Positions 13,070 through 28,850 are shown, counted from the first letter of the stretch. The stretch is 64,000 nucleotides of DNA from the human T2T-CHM13v2.0 reference genome, Homo sapiens (GCF_009914755.1 NC_060936.1), one strand, 5' to 3'. Notes: generated by a model not told the origin, from the sequence alone. Numbers and translations are program-made.

Positions 13070-15514
13070 ACACATTAGTTTAGATCATTGCTTTATTTCA
13101 CTAATTGTTCAACAACAAAGTTCATTCCTCTCAAGGTGGATCTTGAATCATTCCTTGTGTTCTCTTCCTCGTTCTGAATAAAAAAGGTAATGAAGAAAAA
13201 GCCTGTACTTTTGGAGACCTAGAATCTTGATTGATGCTAATAAGCTTTTGACAGCAATTTCGTGTTACGGTATATCCTGCTGGCATCTTGGTGGTCACAC
13301 GGAGCTCCCCACCCTCCAGTGAAGATGGCTGTCCACAACTACCACCATTGAAACCAAAAGTAAGTGTTGAAAAATGCACCTTTTACAATAAAAAAGTAGA
13401 AACCAATTCAATTTCCTCTTTTTTTTTTTACGAATATAAAGTTTCTTGTAAATATGTACAGTCTTTTGAGCTAGTTCTATATAGCAGAAAGCAGTTCACA
13501 GATGAGACACACAATATACATTTTCAGGGCTCAAGAAGCCCATTTCTCATGGAGATCCTAAATGAAATGCCAAGACTGAAAGACCCATTTTCAGTGACCT
13601 TTCCAAATACTGTGGACCAAGAGACAAAACTTCAGCAAACATTCAATCAAATCTGCCCTGGGGACGGGAGGGGAGGGAGTACGACCCCACAGACTCCAAG
13701 CAACACATAAAACGCCACAGCAGGACATTTGCCAAAGGAGCTACCACATGGAGGTTTGTAGGCGTTTCAAACAAGAAAGCACTTAGGTTAAGACACGAGC
13801 AGGAAGGAGCTGGGATGCAGGCCAGGTTGCAATCTGGAAAGGGATCTGAACTGTGGACACAGTTGAAAACACGGTCATGTTCACCTGCTGCGGTGGAAAC
13901 GGGTCTACCTTTGAGCCTACCTAGGAGGTGCCTGGGTTGTTGAGGCGGGCCTAAGAGTCGTGGAGGACCCAAAGCAACAGATGCCTTGTGGGAGATTAAA
14001 GGCAGAAATAAGGCCGCGAGTTAGCTTGCCAACTGCAAAGCCTCTAGGTTGGTTCTGTACCAGTTGCCAGGAATTTCGTACTCTAATAGGAGGGTCCGCA
14101 GACCCAGTGGGAGCCGCACTGCACCTAAGGACTTCCCAACCCTGGCGGAGCTGGAAGAGTTGAGCTGCGGCTGCTTTCTCAAACTTCCTGGTCTTAGGTC
14201 TAGCCCTAGGGAAAGGCTCATTTGGAAAGTCACAGTTTCGTGGGGTAGAACCGCGCTGGATTGGGTGTGAACAGAGTCATCCTCTGCAGGCAGGGAAGTG
14301 TGAAGTTTGGAGGGGACACTGAGTGGGAGGTGGTGGTTTGCTGAAATCCTTCTCTGGTCGTAAGGCTTGAGCGTTTTGTTTTTTGTTTGTTCAGTGCTAC
14401 AGACTGCAGCTTGTGGTGGCCAGTTAGTCGGCAAGTCGTCAGAGGGTCTCGATTTGGCAGGAGCTATGGGATGGTATTAATACATTGGCAGAGCAACCCA
14501 AGGGGGCAGCACATGCAGTGAACTGCCATGCAGAACTCCCGACGGGCCTCTTCCCCATCCCAGAGTGGGGAACAACACGCCGTCACAGACAAGGAAGTGG
14601 GTGCCCCCGTCCCCTCCCCGACCCCGAGACCCAGGAGTGCTGGGCTCCGAGCAAGTCTATTGCATGCTTTCCTGGCCAAAGCTATATGGAAAGCGGGAAC
14701 AGCAGGCTGGGGAGATGACGCTGGGGGGTGGGGAAGGAAAGCGTCTCGAGGTCCCTTGGCCCCAAGTCACTGCCTCCGAGCTGAGGCCCCGATGACCTCC
14801 ATACATTCTCAGCTGGTGGGAGGGGAAGTCGTCAAGGCCATAAAAGGCAATGAAAACAGTAAACATTTGGCTACGATGTCACCCTGGGGAAAGCAGGGCC
14901 ATCTATGAGAATGAACAGGAACAAGGATGAACCTACTTGGCTGCGGGAGGTTGGCCAACTGACCGGGACTGTTCTACACTATGCCTCGGTGGCAAAGACC
15001 TGATGATGTGGTCGAGCTAAAAATGACTACAACAGGAAATACGTCGCTATTCAAATCTATTAAGAATTCTGTTGTCTTAAAAAAAAAAAAAAAAAAGGAA
15101 AGAAACAAAGAGAAAAAAAAAAGAAAAACCAACCAATCCTAGGATCTTAAAGTAGCTAATTAGGATTCTAACCATGTTGTAGTTAGCATCCCGGTTGGTT
15201 TCCTTTGATGAACTAACTGGTACAGGCTAGAGCTAGGTACAAAAGTTTGTGAATGCTTTGAAAGAGTAACAAAGTGCAAAGAGATGACTGCAGGGAGGTG
15301 CCCAGGGCAGGCACCGGGCGCTGACAGCTCCGAAGAGCCTCAGCCACCTGCCCCTCCTGGAGACAGGGGTGTCCGTGCCGAGGTGGGTCTGGGCCCCGCT
15401 GAGCCAGAGGGTGGCTGAGCACGTGGGCGCTTGGGTCCCCATCAGCAGAGTTCCATAGTGTGTTTGGTGTTTTCCTGCAGATCAAGATGAGGAGTTGGTT
15501 TTTCTGGCTGAGAT
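13070..15514 (-). other. CIT: CIT 3'UTR (~2.45 kb)
   Basis: Repeat-free stretch between the TAA stop (15515-15517) and the PAS; end approximate. Confidence 0.8.
13092..13097 (-). terminator. CIT polyadenylation signal AATAAA
   Basis: tttatt on +; U-rich sequence upstream on the mRNA and a U-rich tract downstream (~13041-13050). Confidence 0.75.
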
Positions 15515-15538
15515 TTATACTGAAGACTGGTCCCAGAC
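15515..15538 (-). CDS. CIT: CIT last coding exon, VWDQSSV* (class I PDZ-binding motif)
   Basis: ttcactcctag|GTC TGG GAC CAG TCT TCA GTA TAA. Confidence 0.95.
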   Translation of the reverse strand, partial: VWDQSSV

Positions 15539-16145
15539 CTAGGAGTGAAATAAGGAGGAGTGTTAGCCATCCGAGGCCAGAAGTTGCTGTGCTCACCTTG
15601 CATGATGCAAATGGGAATCTGCAGCCCCTGGGCTATCCCCTTCAGCAGCTAGCAGTGAGTGCTTGGCAGGGCAGCACCCGCTCCAGAGCCTGGGGAAGCC
15701 AGGGAGTGAAACTCACTGGAAAATCCCAAAGCCGTGTGTGTACCTGCGATGCTGTAAGCATGTGATACACACACATGCACATACACAGTTTCATCGGTCA
15801 ATTGGGAGGGATAAGAAGCCATATGGATGGTGTTTCCTTCTTTCTTTACCAGCAGGTGAACTGCAGGTGGCATCAGAAGGAGAATGCCACCCAGAAAATC
15901 AGCCCCAAATGGCAGAAAGGTGGCTCCTTGACCTGCTTAGCCTGCTAAGGAGGCACCAAGCACTTGAGCCATGCCCTGCCTGGGGGAGCCCCTGGTCTTC
16001 CACACCCATCCCTCTCCTCGATCGCAAACCTAAAATTACACAGATCATTCATGCACATGATTTAAACATTTCCAAAAGTTCAAAGTTCTTCTGGAAGGCA
16101 ACCACTGTGAACACTTTCTGTGTAGCCTTCCAGAAAAACAATTTA

Positions 16146-17263
<1,118 letters not shown>

Positions 17264-17375
17264 AGGAAGCTATTTCTTAAGGTACATTTTCTTCCTAAAT
17301 TCCTGTGTCTCGCAAAGTCTGAATTACAGTCATGGAGTTCCTTTTTTAAACAACAGTGGCCCCGTGGGGGCCTCA

Positions 17376-17843
<468 letters not shown>

Positions 17844-18036
17844 TTATCAAGAGATTAGACCTGGAGTTCTTTGGACTTTGCCTGCATTTGATTTTGGTAG
17901 CAAAGACAGGGAAGAGAGCAAAGATGGCAACAAAAGACAACCCACCTTCCTCAGTGCAGGCTTTCATTTACTGAGCACCTACTGTGTGCCAGGCCTGTGC
18001 TAAGTTCTTCATCTGCCATCTCTCATTATCTCATTA

Positions 18037-18478
<442 letters not shown>

Positions 18479-19789
18479 ACCAGTTTGATGTCATAAGCCC
18501 CATATAATATCCTACTGACCTACTATTTCCCAGAGCCTAGAAGGCACAGAAGGAAGTCATCAACTAGGAGGTCAGCCTACTAAGACCCAGAAGTCAGGGA
18601 CCCACAAAGGCCCTCAGTGCAAGGAAGCAGTTTGGAGAAACCCTGTACTGATCACTGTTAACTGCCATGTCTGTCCCACTCCTGGGCCTCGTGTTTGGTC
18701 ACCTCTGCCCCCATGTGGCTTTCCAAGAGTCTCTGACACCTGATGCAAATGCAGATGCTCAGAAGGTGGATGGTTCTCAGTCATGACAATAAGACGACCG
18801 AGAGGTGTAGGGATCAGGCCTGATAGAGTCAGGAAACTGAGCAGGGCAGACAAAGTAAAGCGGGCTCAGAAAACGTCCCAGGCCTCAAAGGTTGATAATT
18901 AGTAACCAAACAGTTGAAAACACTGCGGCCTTTTTGTACAACCCAACCCAATCCTCCACCCACTCCTGGCCTGGATATTTCAAATGAAGATTTCAGCAGA
19001 CCCAGGGGCCAAACTCCCTCTCTGAAGATGTAGTAAGACCTACAAACACAGAGAGAACTGAAATGTGGCCTTCTGAGTCAATTCTTTCCCACCCTTGATC
19101 AGCTCTAAAAGTACTAGGGTCCCTATTATCTCAGCATAATTTGTGCTTGGAAAAGGCCCTACTTAAAATGGAGGAAAAAAATTACAGTGAATATTACTTG
19201 AAAACATATTTTGTTTGATTGAGGCTTTATCTTGGAATATAAACTTATTTTATGCTAGATATTTTTAGTATTTAAATTACAATGCAATTACATGCTGATT
19301 CCAAAAATGAACCAAGCATGAATCACAGAATGATTTGTTTTGTGCTAATTGTCTCAACAAAATTGCTGCTAACATGCTCTGACACCAACGTTGGACACAT
19401 TGGACTTTTGCAGTGGATCCTAAAGAAGGCTCTTCAAAAATATTTGAAAAAGCCGGGCACAGTGATGCATGCCTGTAGTCCTAGCTATTAGGAAGGCTAA
19501 GGAAGGAGAATTGCTTGAGCCCAGGAGTTCAAGACCAGCCCGGGCAATATGGCAAGACCCCGCTTCTAAAAAACTAAAACTAAAAATTAAAACAAGAAAA
19601 GTGTTTTCCCAAAGGACTATCTTAATCCTTGATATTTAAATCCTTCTCATTGGAAGAGGCTATAATTTTATCAACTTGTTCATTTCTTTCTTCAATTATT
19701 GGTCTAACTGTATCAGAACCTCTTCTGTCAACGTCCATAATTGAGAAGCGACAGCAAAGACAGTGTTTATTGTGGAAGGAGAGACTCTA

Positions 19790-20001
19790 GAACAGGCTTG
19801 AGGGCCAAATCCGGAAGATGCTTGTTTTTATAAATACAGTTTTATTGGAATGAAGCCATGCCCATCTGGTTATGCATTGTCTTACAGCTGCTTCCGCATG
19901 ACCACAACAGGGTTGAGCAGCTGAGACAGAGACCATATGGCTCACAAAGCCGAAAATATTTACCATCTAAACCTGTGCAGAAAAAGTTTGCCAATTCCTC
20001 C
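19790..20001 (+). mobile_element. MER58-like hAT element
   Basis: gggccaaatcc...gttttattggaa...acagagaccatatggc...aaatatttac...aaaaagtttgcc. Confidence 0.7.
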
Positions 20002-21598
20002 TCTACAATATAACAGAGAAGTTGGTGTGCAGAGATAATTTCATAAGGGCTCAGTTCATAGTGAATAGTTTCATGCCATGCTCTTGCTTTCCCATGCAAC
20101 TGTAACGTTTGGAGATTCAGACAACGAATGCTCAGAAGGCCAGAACCCCTGTCTCTGCAGCAGTAAGATTTAAGATAACTCAGATTTCAACATCTTGAAA
20201 TCAAGGTTTATATTCATCTCTAGCCATATGGCTTTGAAATCTGGAAGACAAACAAAAAAATAAATTCCGAGTAGGAGAACTACATTAAGCCTACTTGTAA
20301 TGGAAAAGAAATGATAAGATGTGTCCACAAGAAACTATCATAAAACAAATGAGAGGGTGCTCACTGGCCAGGGGAAGAAGGATTGCTCAAGGGAAGGCCA
20401 TTCAGGACGTCAGCTGAGATTAACGGGAGGAAGGAACACACCCGTCATTCCAAGCCAAGTGGGCAGTCTTCCATCTCCTTATCCATTAATGACCCATAAT
20501 CTACCACATCAATTTTATGGTTTTTTGGCAAGGAGTTACGTTTCCTGCTCTGCTAAACAGACCAGGGCAACGAAGCCTGCAGTGAATCAGACCCAGAAAG
20601 CCAACCTTCTACATTCTCAACTGCCCAAAGAAGTCAGCGACCAAAAGATCATTCTATAAGCCAAGAGATAACCAACTACTGATTTTCCAGACATGCCACA
20701 GGAAAGCAAACACTTTTCTGCCCCTCGTTCTCAGGAACTGGAACTGTTTTGATCGCACAGTAAGCAACTCCTTTGAGAGACTATATAATCTCAAAAGCAA
20801 GGTGCCTGGCCACCTATCCAGTGAGGCAACGGAGGAAAAAAATCTAATTACAATATTTCAATGTGTTTCTGGCATGACTTGGGAACTACTTAAAAAAGAT
20901 CTAGACATTTTCAGGGGAGGACTGTGGTGCACTGAGCAGTCACTCTTGAAGCAGGGCCAAGCCAAGAGTTAGGAGCATTTAATTATTGGCACTTCTGGTT
21001 TTTCAGCAAGTTCCTCAGGTTAAAACCACACTAACCAAACATTTCAGATTAATTAACTCCTATACATCAACAAAAGAGAGATTATTCATTAGGACAGTCT
21101 TGCCCAAGATCTTGGTATTTTGTAATATTAGTTGTGGTTCTTCCACCAAATTATGGGCTCCTGGAATATAAGAACATGCTTTCTACATCTCTGTATCCCC
21201 AGCCATAGACATTATGTCGGGCACATGGTATGGAGTCCACATAACTATTTAGAAGGTAGACACACCTTATAATAATCCAGAAGATTATCTTAGGTCATTT
21301 ATTCCCGGGGTTAAATAATCTCAGACCTTCTTTGCAGGCCAAGGTTTCAAACTTCCTACACCTCGAGCTGGATCTAGCTCCTAGCACTGTGTCAAGACGA
21401 GGCCAGTCCCACTTCCACACGCAGCTGGTGGGATGGCAAATGGGAGAAGCCTTCAGGGCAGAAAACTCCACACTGTCCATCAGATTTACAAATCCACATC
21501 AGCCATCACCCATTCACCCACACTTTTCTAGGAATTTATCCTACAGATAGATTCCTCAGCATGTAAAATGACGTAAGGAGAAAGTCATTTATTGCAGC

Positions 21599-24302
21599 AA
21601 CAGATTGGAGACAACTCGAACAGCCATTAATGAAGAAGCAGTTAAACCAATTAAGGTACAGCCCTGATAAGGAAGGTTGTGCAGGCATCTGGGGAGAAAT
21701 GAATGAATAACTACTTCTCACACTGACACGGAGCAATCGCCAAGACACATCAAGGTACAGGAGAGTATGCAGAATATGCTGCCACTTGTATTAAAAAGGA
21801 GGGGTGGTTGCGTGTAGTGGCTCACACCTGTAATCCCAGCACTTTGGGGGGCCAGGGCAGGCAAATTGCTTGAGCCCAGGAGTTCAAGACCAGCCTGGGC
21901 AATGTGGTAAAACCCTGTCTCTACAAAAAATACAAAAATTAGCCAGGTGTGGTGGCGGGCGCCTGTAGTCCCAGCTACTCGGGGGGAGGCTGAAGTCGGG
22001 GGCTCTCTTGAGCCCAGGAGGCGGAGGTTGCAGTGAGCCGAGATCACGCCACTGTGCTCCAGCCTGGGCACAGAGTGAGACCCTACCTCGAAAAAAAATA
22101 AATAAATAAAAATAAAAAATAAATAAACAAGGAGGGGAAGGGCACTTCCAGAATGCCAGACTAAGGACCTCTCACAACCTGTTTCTCCATAAAAGCAACA
22201 AGATCACTGGCAGTTGTCAAAATCAACTTTTCAGAGCTCTAGAAATTAACCCTAGCCCTTTGCGCGGCCACTCTCGAGGCAGGGTCAAACCAAAAGAGTC
22301 AGGAGCACGTGGGTATTTGGCACCTCTGCTTTTCCAGCAAGTTCCTGGGATCAAAACCACACTGAACAAGCATGTTGCAAAAAAGGCCTGCAACAATTCA
22401 AAGAGTGTTTATGCAAGAAAAACAAAGGAATCTCAGCAAGAACCGAATGTTTTGTGACATTCAACTTGCCCCATACCCACTCCCCTCTCCCCAGATCTGT
22501 GGAAGAGTTGAAACCAATGTCCTTGGAACCACAGTAGCTGTGAAAACCAGCAGTCTAGTAGCCACTAGAGGGAGCAGATCAGGATTGAAGCTCCCCAAAA
22601 AGCCCCATCCCCAGAAAACTGTTGCTATCTGACCTGCCTAGCGACGCTCCGTGGAAAAGACCCATTCTCAGGGCAGTGGATCTGACTGTACATTTGGTTG
22701 TACAGTTGTCCCTTGGTGGCCTGGGGGACTGCTTCCAGGACTTCCTGTGGGTACCAAAATCTATGGATGTTCACATCTCTTATATTAAATGGTGTAGGAC
22801 CAGACACAGTGCTTCAAGCCTATAAACCTAGCACTTTGGGAGGCCAAGGCGGGCAGATCACTTGAGCCCAGGAGTTTGAGACCAGCCTGGGCAACATGGT
22901 AAAACTCCATCTCTACAAAAAATACAAAAATTAGCTGGGTGTGGTGGCACACACCTGTAATCCCAGCTACTCATCAGGCTGAGGTAGGAGGATCACCTGA
23001 GCCCAGAGGTCGAGGCTGCAGTGAGCTGGTACCACTGCATTCCAGCTTAGATGACAGAGACCCTGTCCCAAAAAAAAAGTAGGGGGAGTGTATTTGCATA
23101 TAACCTACACACATCCTGTTGTACACTTTAAATCATCTCTAGATTACTTATAACACCTAATACAATGTAAATGCTCTGTAAATAGCTGTTATACTATATT
23201 GTTTAGGGAATAATGACAATTTGTAAAAGCTTGAACATGTGCAGTACAAACACAATTATTTTTTCAAATATTTTCAATCCATGGTTTATTGAATCTACAG
23301 AGGCATAACCTATAGACAGAGAGGGCTGGCTGTATTGGCATAAAGGATCCCTAAACGGAAACACAAAAACTTCAAAAAATTGGTTCCTTCCCAGGTGGGG
23401 ACCTGGGGAGAGGGAGTGAGGAGAGTTAGGAGGCAAGAGAGACCCAGAAGAGAGGCTCTGTACTGTACACCTTTCTTATCCTTTGAATTCTGTGCCCTGT
23501 GGTTAGATTATCAATTCAAAAAGAAGTAAAATTTAAAAAGAATGCCTTTTAAGAAGAGGCCTTTTTTTGGAACATGCTTGTTCAATGTGGTTTTGATCCC
23601 AGGAACTTGCTGGAAAAGCAGAGGTGCCAAATACCCATGTGCTCCTGACTCTTTTGGTTTGACTCTGCCTTGACAGAGACCACTCAGAGGGCTAGGGTTA
23701 ATTTCCAGAGCTCTGAAAAGTTGATTTTGATAATTGCCAGTGGTCCCGTTGCCTTTATGGAGAAACAGGTTATCAGAGGTCCTTACTCTGAAATTCTGGA
23801 AGTGCCCTTCCCATCCTTTTTTGATTTTGAGATAGGGTCTCACTCTGTGCCCAGGCTGGAGTACAGTGGTGTGATCTCAGCTCACGGCAACCTCCGCCTC
23901 AAGGGCTCAAGCAGTCCCCGCCACCTCAGCCTCCAGAGTAGCCGGGATTACAGGCACACACCACCACACCTGGCTAATTTTTGTATTTTTTGTAGAGATA
24001 GGGTTTTACCACATTGCCCAGGCTGGTCTTGAACTCCTGGGCTCAAGTGATCTGCCAGCCCTCACCTCCCAAAGTGCTGGGATTACAGGTGTGAGCCACC
24101 GCACCACCTCCCCTCCTTTTTAATACAAGTGGCAGCATATCTGCATACTCTCCTGTACCTTGATGTGTCTTGGCGATTGCTCCATGTCAGTGTGAGTTCT
24201 TCATTCTTTTCCCCAGATGCCTGCACAACATTCCTTCCCAGGGCTGTACTTTAATTTATTTAACTGCTTCTTTATCAATGGCTGTTTGAGTCCAATCCTG
24301 TT
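21599..24302. repeat. Local inverted duplication: arms 21599-22389 and 23557-24302, spacer ~1.17 kb
   Basis: Arms align as reverse complements across old L1-like flank, a shared Alu and an L1 5'-like segment. Confidence 0.9.
22703..23332 (+). mobile_element. MER2 (Tigger-derived) element interrupted by an Alu (~22797-23078)
   Basis: ta|cagttgtccct... ...agggctggctg|ta termini with TA TSD; MER2 internal text. Confidence 0.8.
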
Positions 24303-24941
24303 CAGGAGGTCTCGCATTCCAGGGAAGGCACGAGGCTGGCCAGGAGTCCCTGACCTGCTCTCACGACCTCACATCTCTGGACCTCCAGGCATGGCTTGCC
24401 TTCCCTCCTGCCTGAGCACCCCTCACTGGTCTCCCTGCCCCCACCTCGTATCTGATGGGAAATCCTCCCTCACCTCCACGTCCAGGCTTTCAACCACCCC
24501 ACCAGGGCCTCATCCTTCCATGCCTTAATCTCTGATTGCCAGCATCTCTCCCACTGGGCTGTGAGTGCCATCAGGGAGGGGCTACATCTGCTTTATTCAC
24601 CATTCTCCCTCCCCCACAAGCCCAACAACTAGCACCGCAGAATACCTGCTAAAGCAATAAATGCCTAATTTGTGCTCCATTTCTCACCAAGCCAATGAAA
24701 ATACCCAGGAGAGAAAGATCAGACCTCTCCCCTCTGACTTTTGCAAGGTGGTATTTTCTAATTCTCCTGATGCTCATAATGGTCTGTGTTATTTCAGTGC
24801 CGCAGATCGCAAACAAATGAATGGTTTGAGCTTAAGAACAAAGTGAAGATTGGGAAACATTCTACTGGTTTAGTATCACTTCCTTCTGCCTTGCAGAAAA
24901 GCACGTTGCCCCTGGTACTGAGGAAGAGGAGAAGCTGGTTA

Positions 24942-25160
<219 letters not shown>

Positions 25161-25258
25161 CTACCTCCATTGCTAGGCAAGTTAGGAAGGAACATGCGGC
25201 CGGCCCCAACACCTACCCCAATAGCTGAAGTTTTCCACGCATGGGAGGACAATGCTTA

Positions 25259-25483
<225 letters not shown>

Positions 25484-25581
25484 TCATGCATGTTCGAGGA
25501 TATTCACTGCCGTGTGGTTTGTTACAGCAGAAGATGGAAAACAACTCAAGTGTACAGTGTAGGGATTGGCTAAATACATTA

Positions 25582-25764
<183 letters not shown>

Positions 25765-25767
25765 TCA

Positions 25768-25890
<123 letters not shown>

Positions 25891-26233
25891 TTATAATACA
25901 TCTATGGAATTCTGTGCAGCTGTAAACATGCATGAAAAGGCTCTCTTTGTACAGATATGAAAGAATGCCCAAGGTACACTGCTCAGTGCAAAAAGCAAGG
26001 TTCAGAATCATGTGGGAAGTATTCTGCCTTACTGATTTTTAAAAAGCTGGAAAAAAGAATATATATATTTTATGTGCTAGTATTTGCATAAAGTACTGGA
26101 AGGACAAGAAACTCATATGAGCTTTTTTTTCTTTGGAGGAATAGCGATGGAGAATTTGGGAGATGGACTCTCTGGGTGAGACTTTTCATTGTATACCTTT
26201 TAAAACTGATTGTAAACATCTTCAAAGAATTCA

Positions 26234-26504
<271 letters not shown>

Positions 26505-27560
26505 CTACAGCCTGGGCAACAAGAGTGAAAATCCGACTCAAAAAAAAAAAAAAAAAAAAGACTGGGTTCTATTTTAAAAAAAAGACTGGGTTCACAGCTA
26601 TTTAGACATTGCTGGTCTTCTTAATACTCTATCTCTGCATGACAGTGTCACTGAAACTAGAGCACACAGGACTGGAAATATTTTCTGCCTTAAAGGGAAA
26701 AAGCACTATTATTCCTTGTGGCAAGACTTGGTATTAGACTTTTAAAGTCATGGGCTCTGGTATGCGTGCCCCGGTGCAGTTCCCTGGCCTTGAATCTGGG
26801 CTGACTCTGCGGTCTGCTCTAACCAGTAGAGCGTGGTGGAAGTGAGCACGCTTGCCAGCTTCCGCTTCTATATTCTTGGAAGAAGCCAGCGTGGAAAGCA
26901 ACAAGGCCTCCAGCCACCAGCCGCAGCTAAGCGCCCACATTATGGCCAGCACTCATTGCGTGCCATGTTTGTGAGCCTGTCTTGGGCTTTCTAGTTGTCC
27001 CAGTGGCCCTGCTGATACCACATGAAGCAGAACTGTCCAGTCAAGCCACGGAGTTGGGGCCAATAATAAGCTGTTGTTTGAAGTCACTAAGCTTTCAGAT
27101 GGCTTGTTATGCAGCAAGAGAGAAACAAAATAGCCTCGAAGGGTATCTGGGCCACGACGGCATTTCAGAACATTCACACAGATACGTATGTACATACTTG
27201 TATGTGTATGTGTGTTTAGTCTTTGATCCAACAGTTCCACTTTTAGGAGCTTATAATCAGGGGGTGCTATCTAACAAGTGCAAAAAGATTAGTACAAGGA
27301 TGTTCATCGTAGTGTTGTTTACACTTACAAACAAAACGGGCATGGCCTTACTGCTTTGCCTAATTAGAACTGGTTAAGTGAACAGGTGTTCAGCTATGCC
27401 ATGGGACACTCTGCAGCCTTTGGAAATGACTGAAATAAATCTACAGGAATTGGGCTCCTTTCTATCATGAGAGCCTAGCAAATATTTCCCAGGGCTGGGA
27501 CTGTGGGCTGGTGAATCTGGCGTAGGCAGCTCTTCATCGAGCCTCAGAATCTTTCCATGA

Positions 27561-27944
<384 letters not shown>

Positions 27945-28022
27945 TGAGCCACCGCACCCGGATGCAATTCTTTTCCAGGACACCAGCTGCTGGCAAAAGA
28001 GAAGCCCCCACACTGAGCCTCA

Positions 28023-28118
<96 letters not shown>

Positions 28119-28324
28119 TCAAGAGCACGTGGGCATTAGCACAGCCAAGAGCAGGGGCATCAGCGACACACATGGTGATGGAAGAATGAGGAGCAGAGCC
28201 CAGGGACCCCTGGCCAGATGGGACTGACTGTGAAAACCAGAGGCCCTCTGCTGAGCCAGCTCTCAGCTTTATTAAAAATGAGGGACTTTTTAAATTTAAT
28301 TTATTTTAATTTATTAAATTTTAT

Positions 28325-28680
28325 TAAAGAAAGAGAACTCAAGTGAAAAGAAGGAAAGGAATAAGAGGAGGAGAGGGAAAGAGAAAGAGACAGAGAGAGA
28401 GGGGAATGAAGCGATCCGGAGGAAGGAGGACAGACAGGGAAAGACGGAAAGACTCAGGAAAGAAGGGAAGGGGGAGGGGAGGGAGGGGATGGGGAGGGGG
28501 AGGGGAGGGAGGGGATGGGGAGGGGGAGGGGAGGACCCAAGAAAGAAAGAAAAGAAAGAATGCAACAAAGAAAAGGACAGATAGAAGGATGGAAAGGGAG
28601 GGGAAGGGAGGGGAGGACGAAATGAGGACAGAGTAAGAGAAAGGAAAGGGAGAGAAAGAAAGGCAAGGGATGGATGAGGA
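28325..28680 (+). repeat. Polypurine (GA/GGGA) low-complexity tract
   Basis: Near-pure A/G for ~350 bp with G-runs at 28465-28532. Confidence 0.9.
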
Positions 28681-28850
28681 AAAAACTGCCTGCTCTTTGG
28701 AGAGAATGTGATAAAGTTAGACCACGCTAGTATCTGGTGATGGAGAGGAGCATCCCCAAGGGGACTTGGTGGTGCTGGAAGGACATTCTCTGTACCCCTA
28801 GTCAAACCTATCCTGCCCCAGAGCTCCATGTACCCTCCTCCAACCCCTCA

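Noticed and set aside
13288-13710. 140-aa ORF antisense to the CIT 3'UTR (also 9405-9833, 6408-6812, 15663-16229)
   Set aside because: No recognisable domain or exon context; lengths are compatible with chance
28314-28829. Leu/Ser/Pro/Phe-rich 171-aa ORF resembling a membrane protein
   Set aside because: Translation of the polypurine/polypyrimidine low-complexity tract
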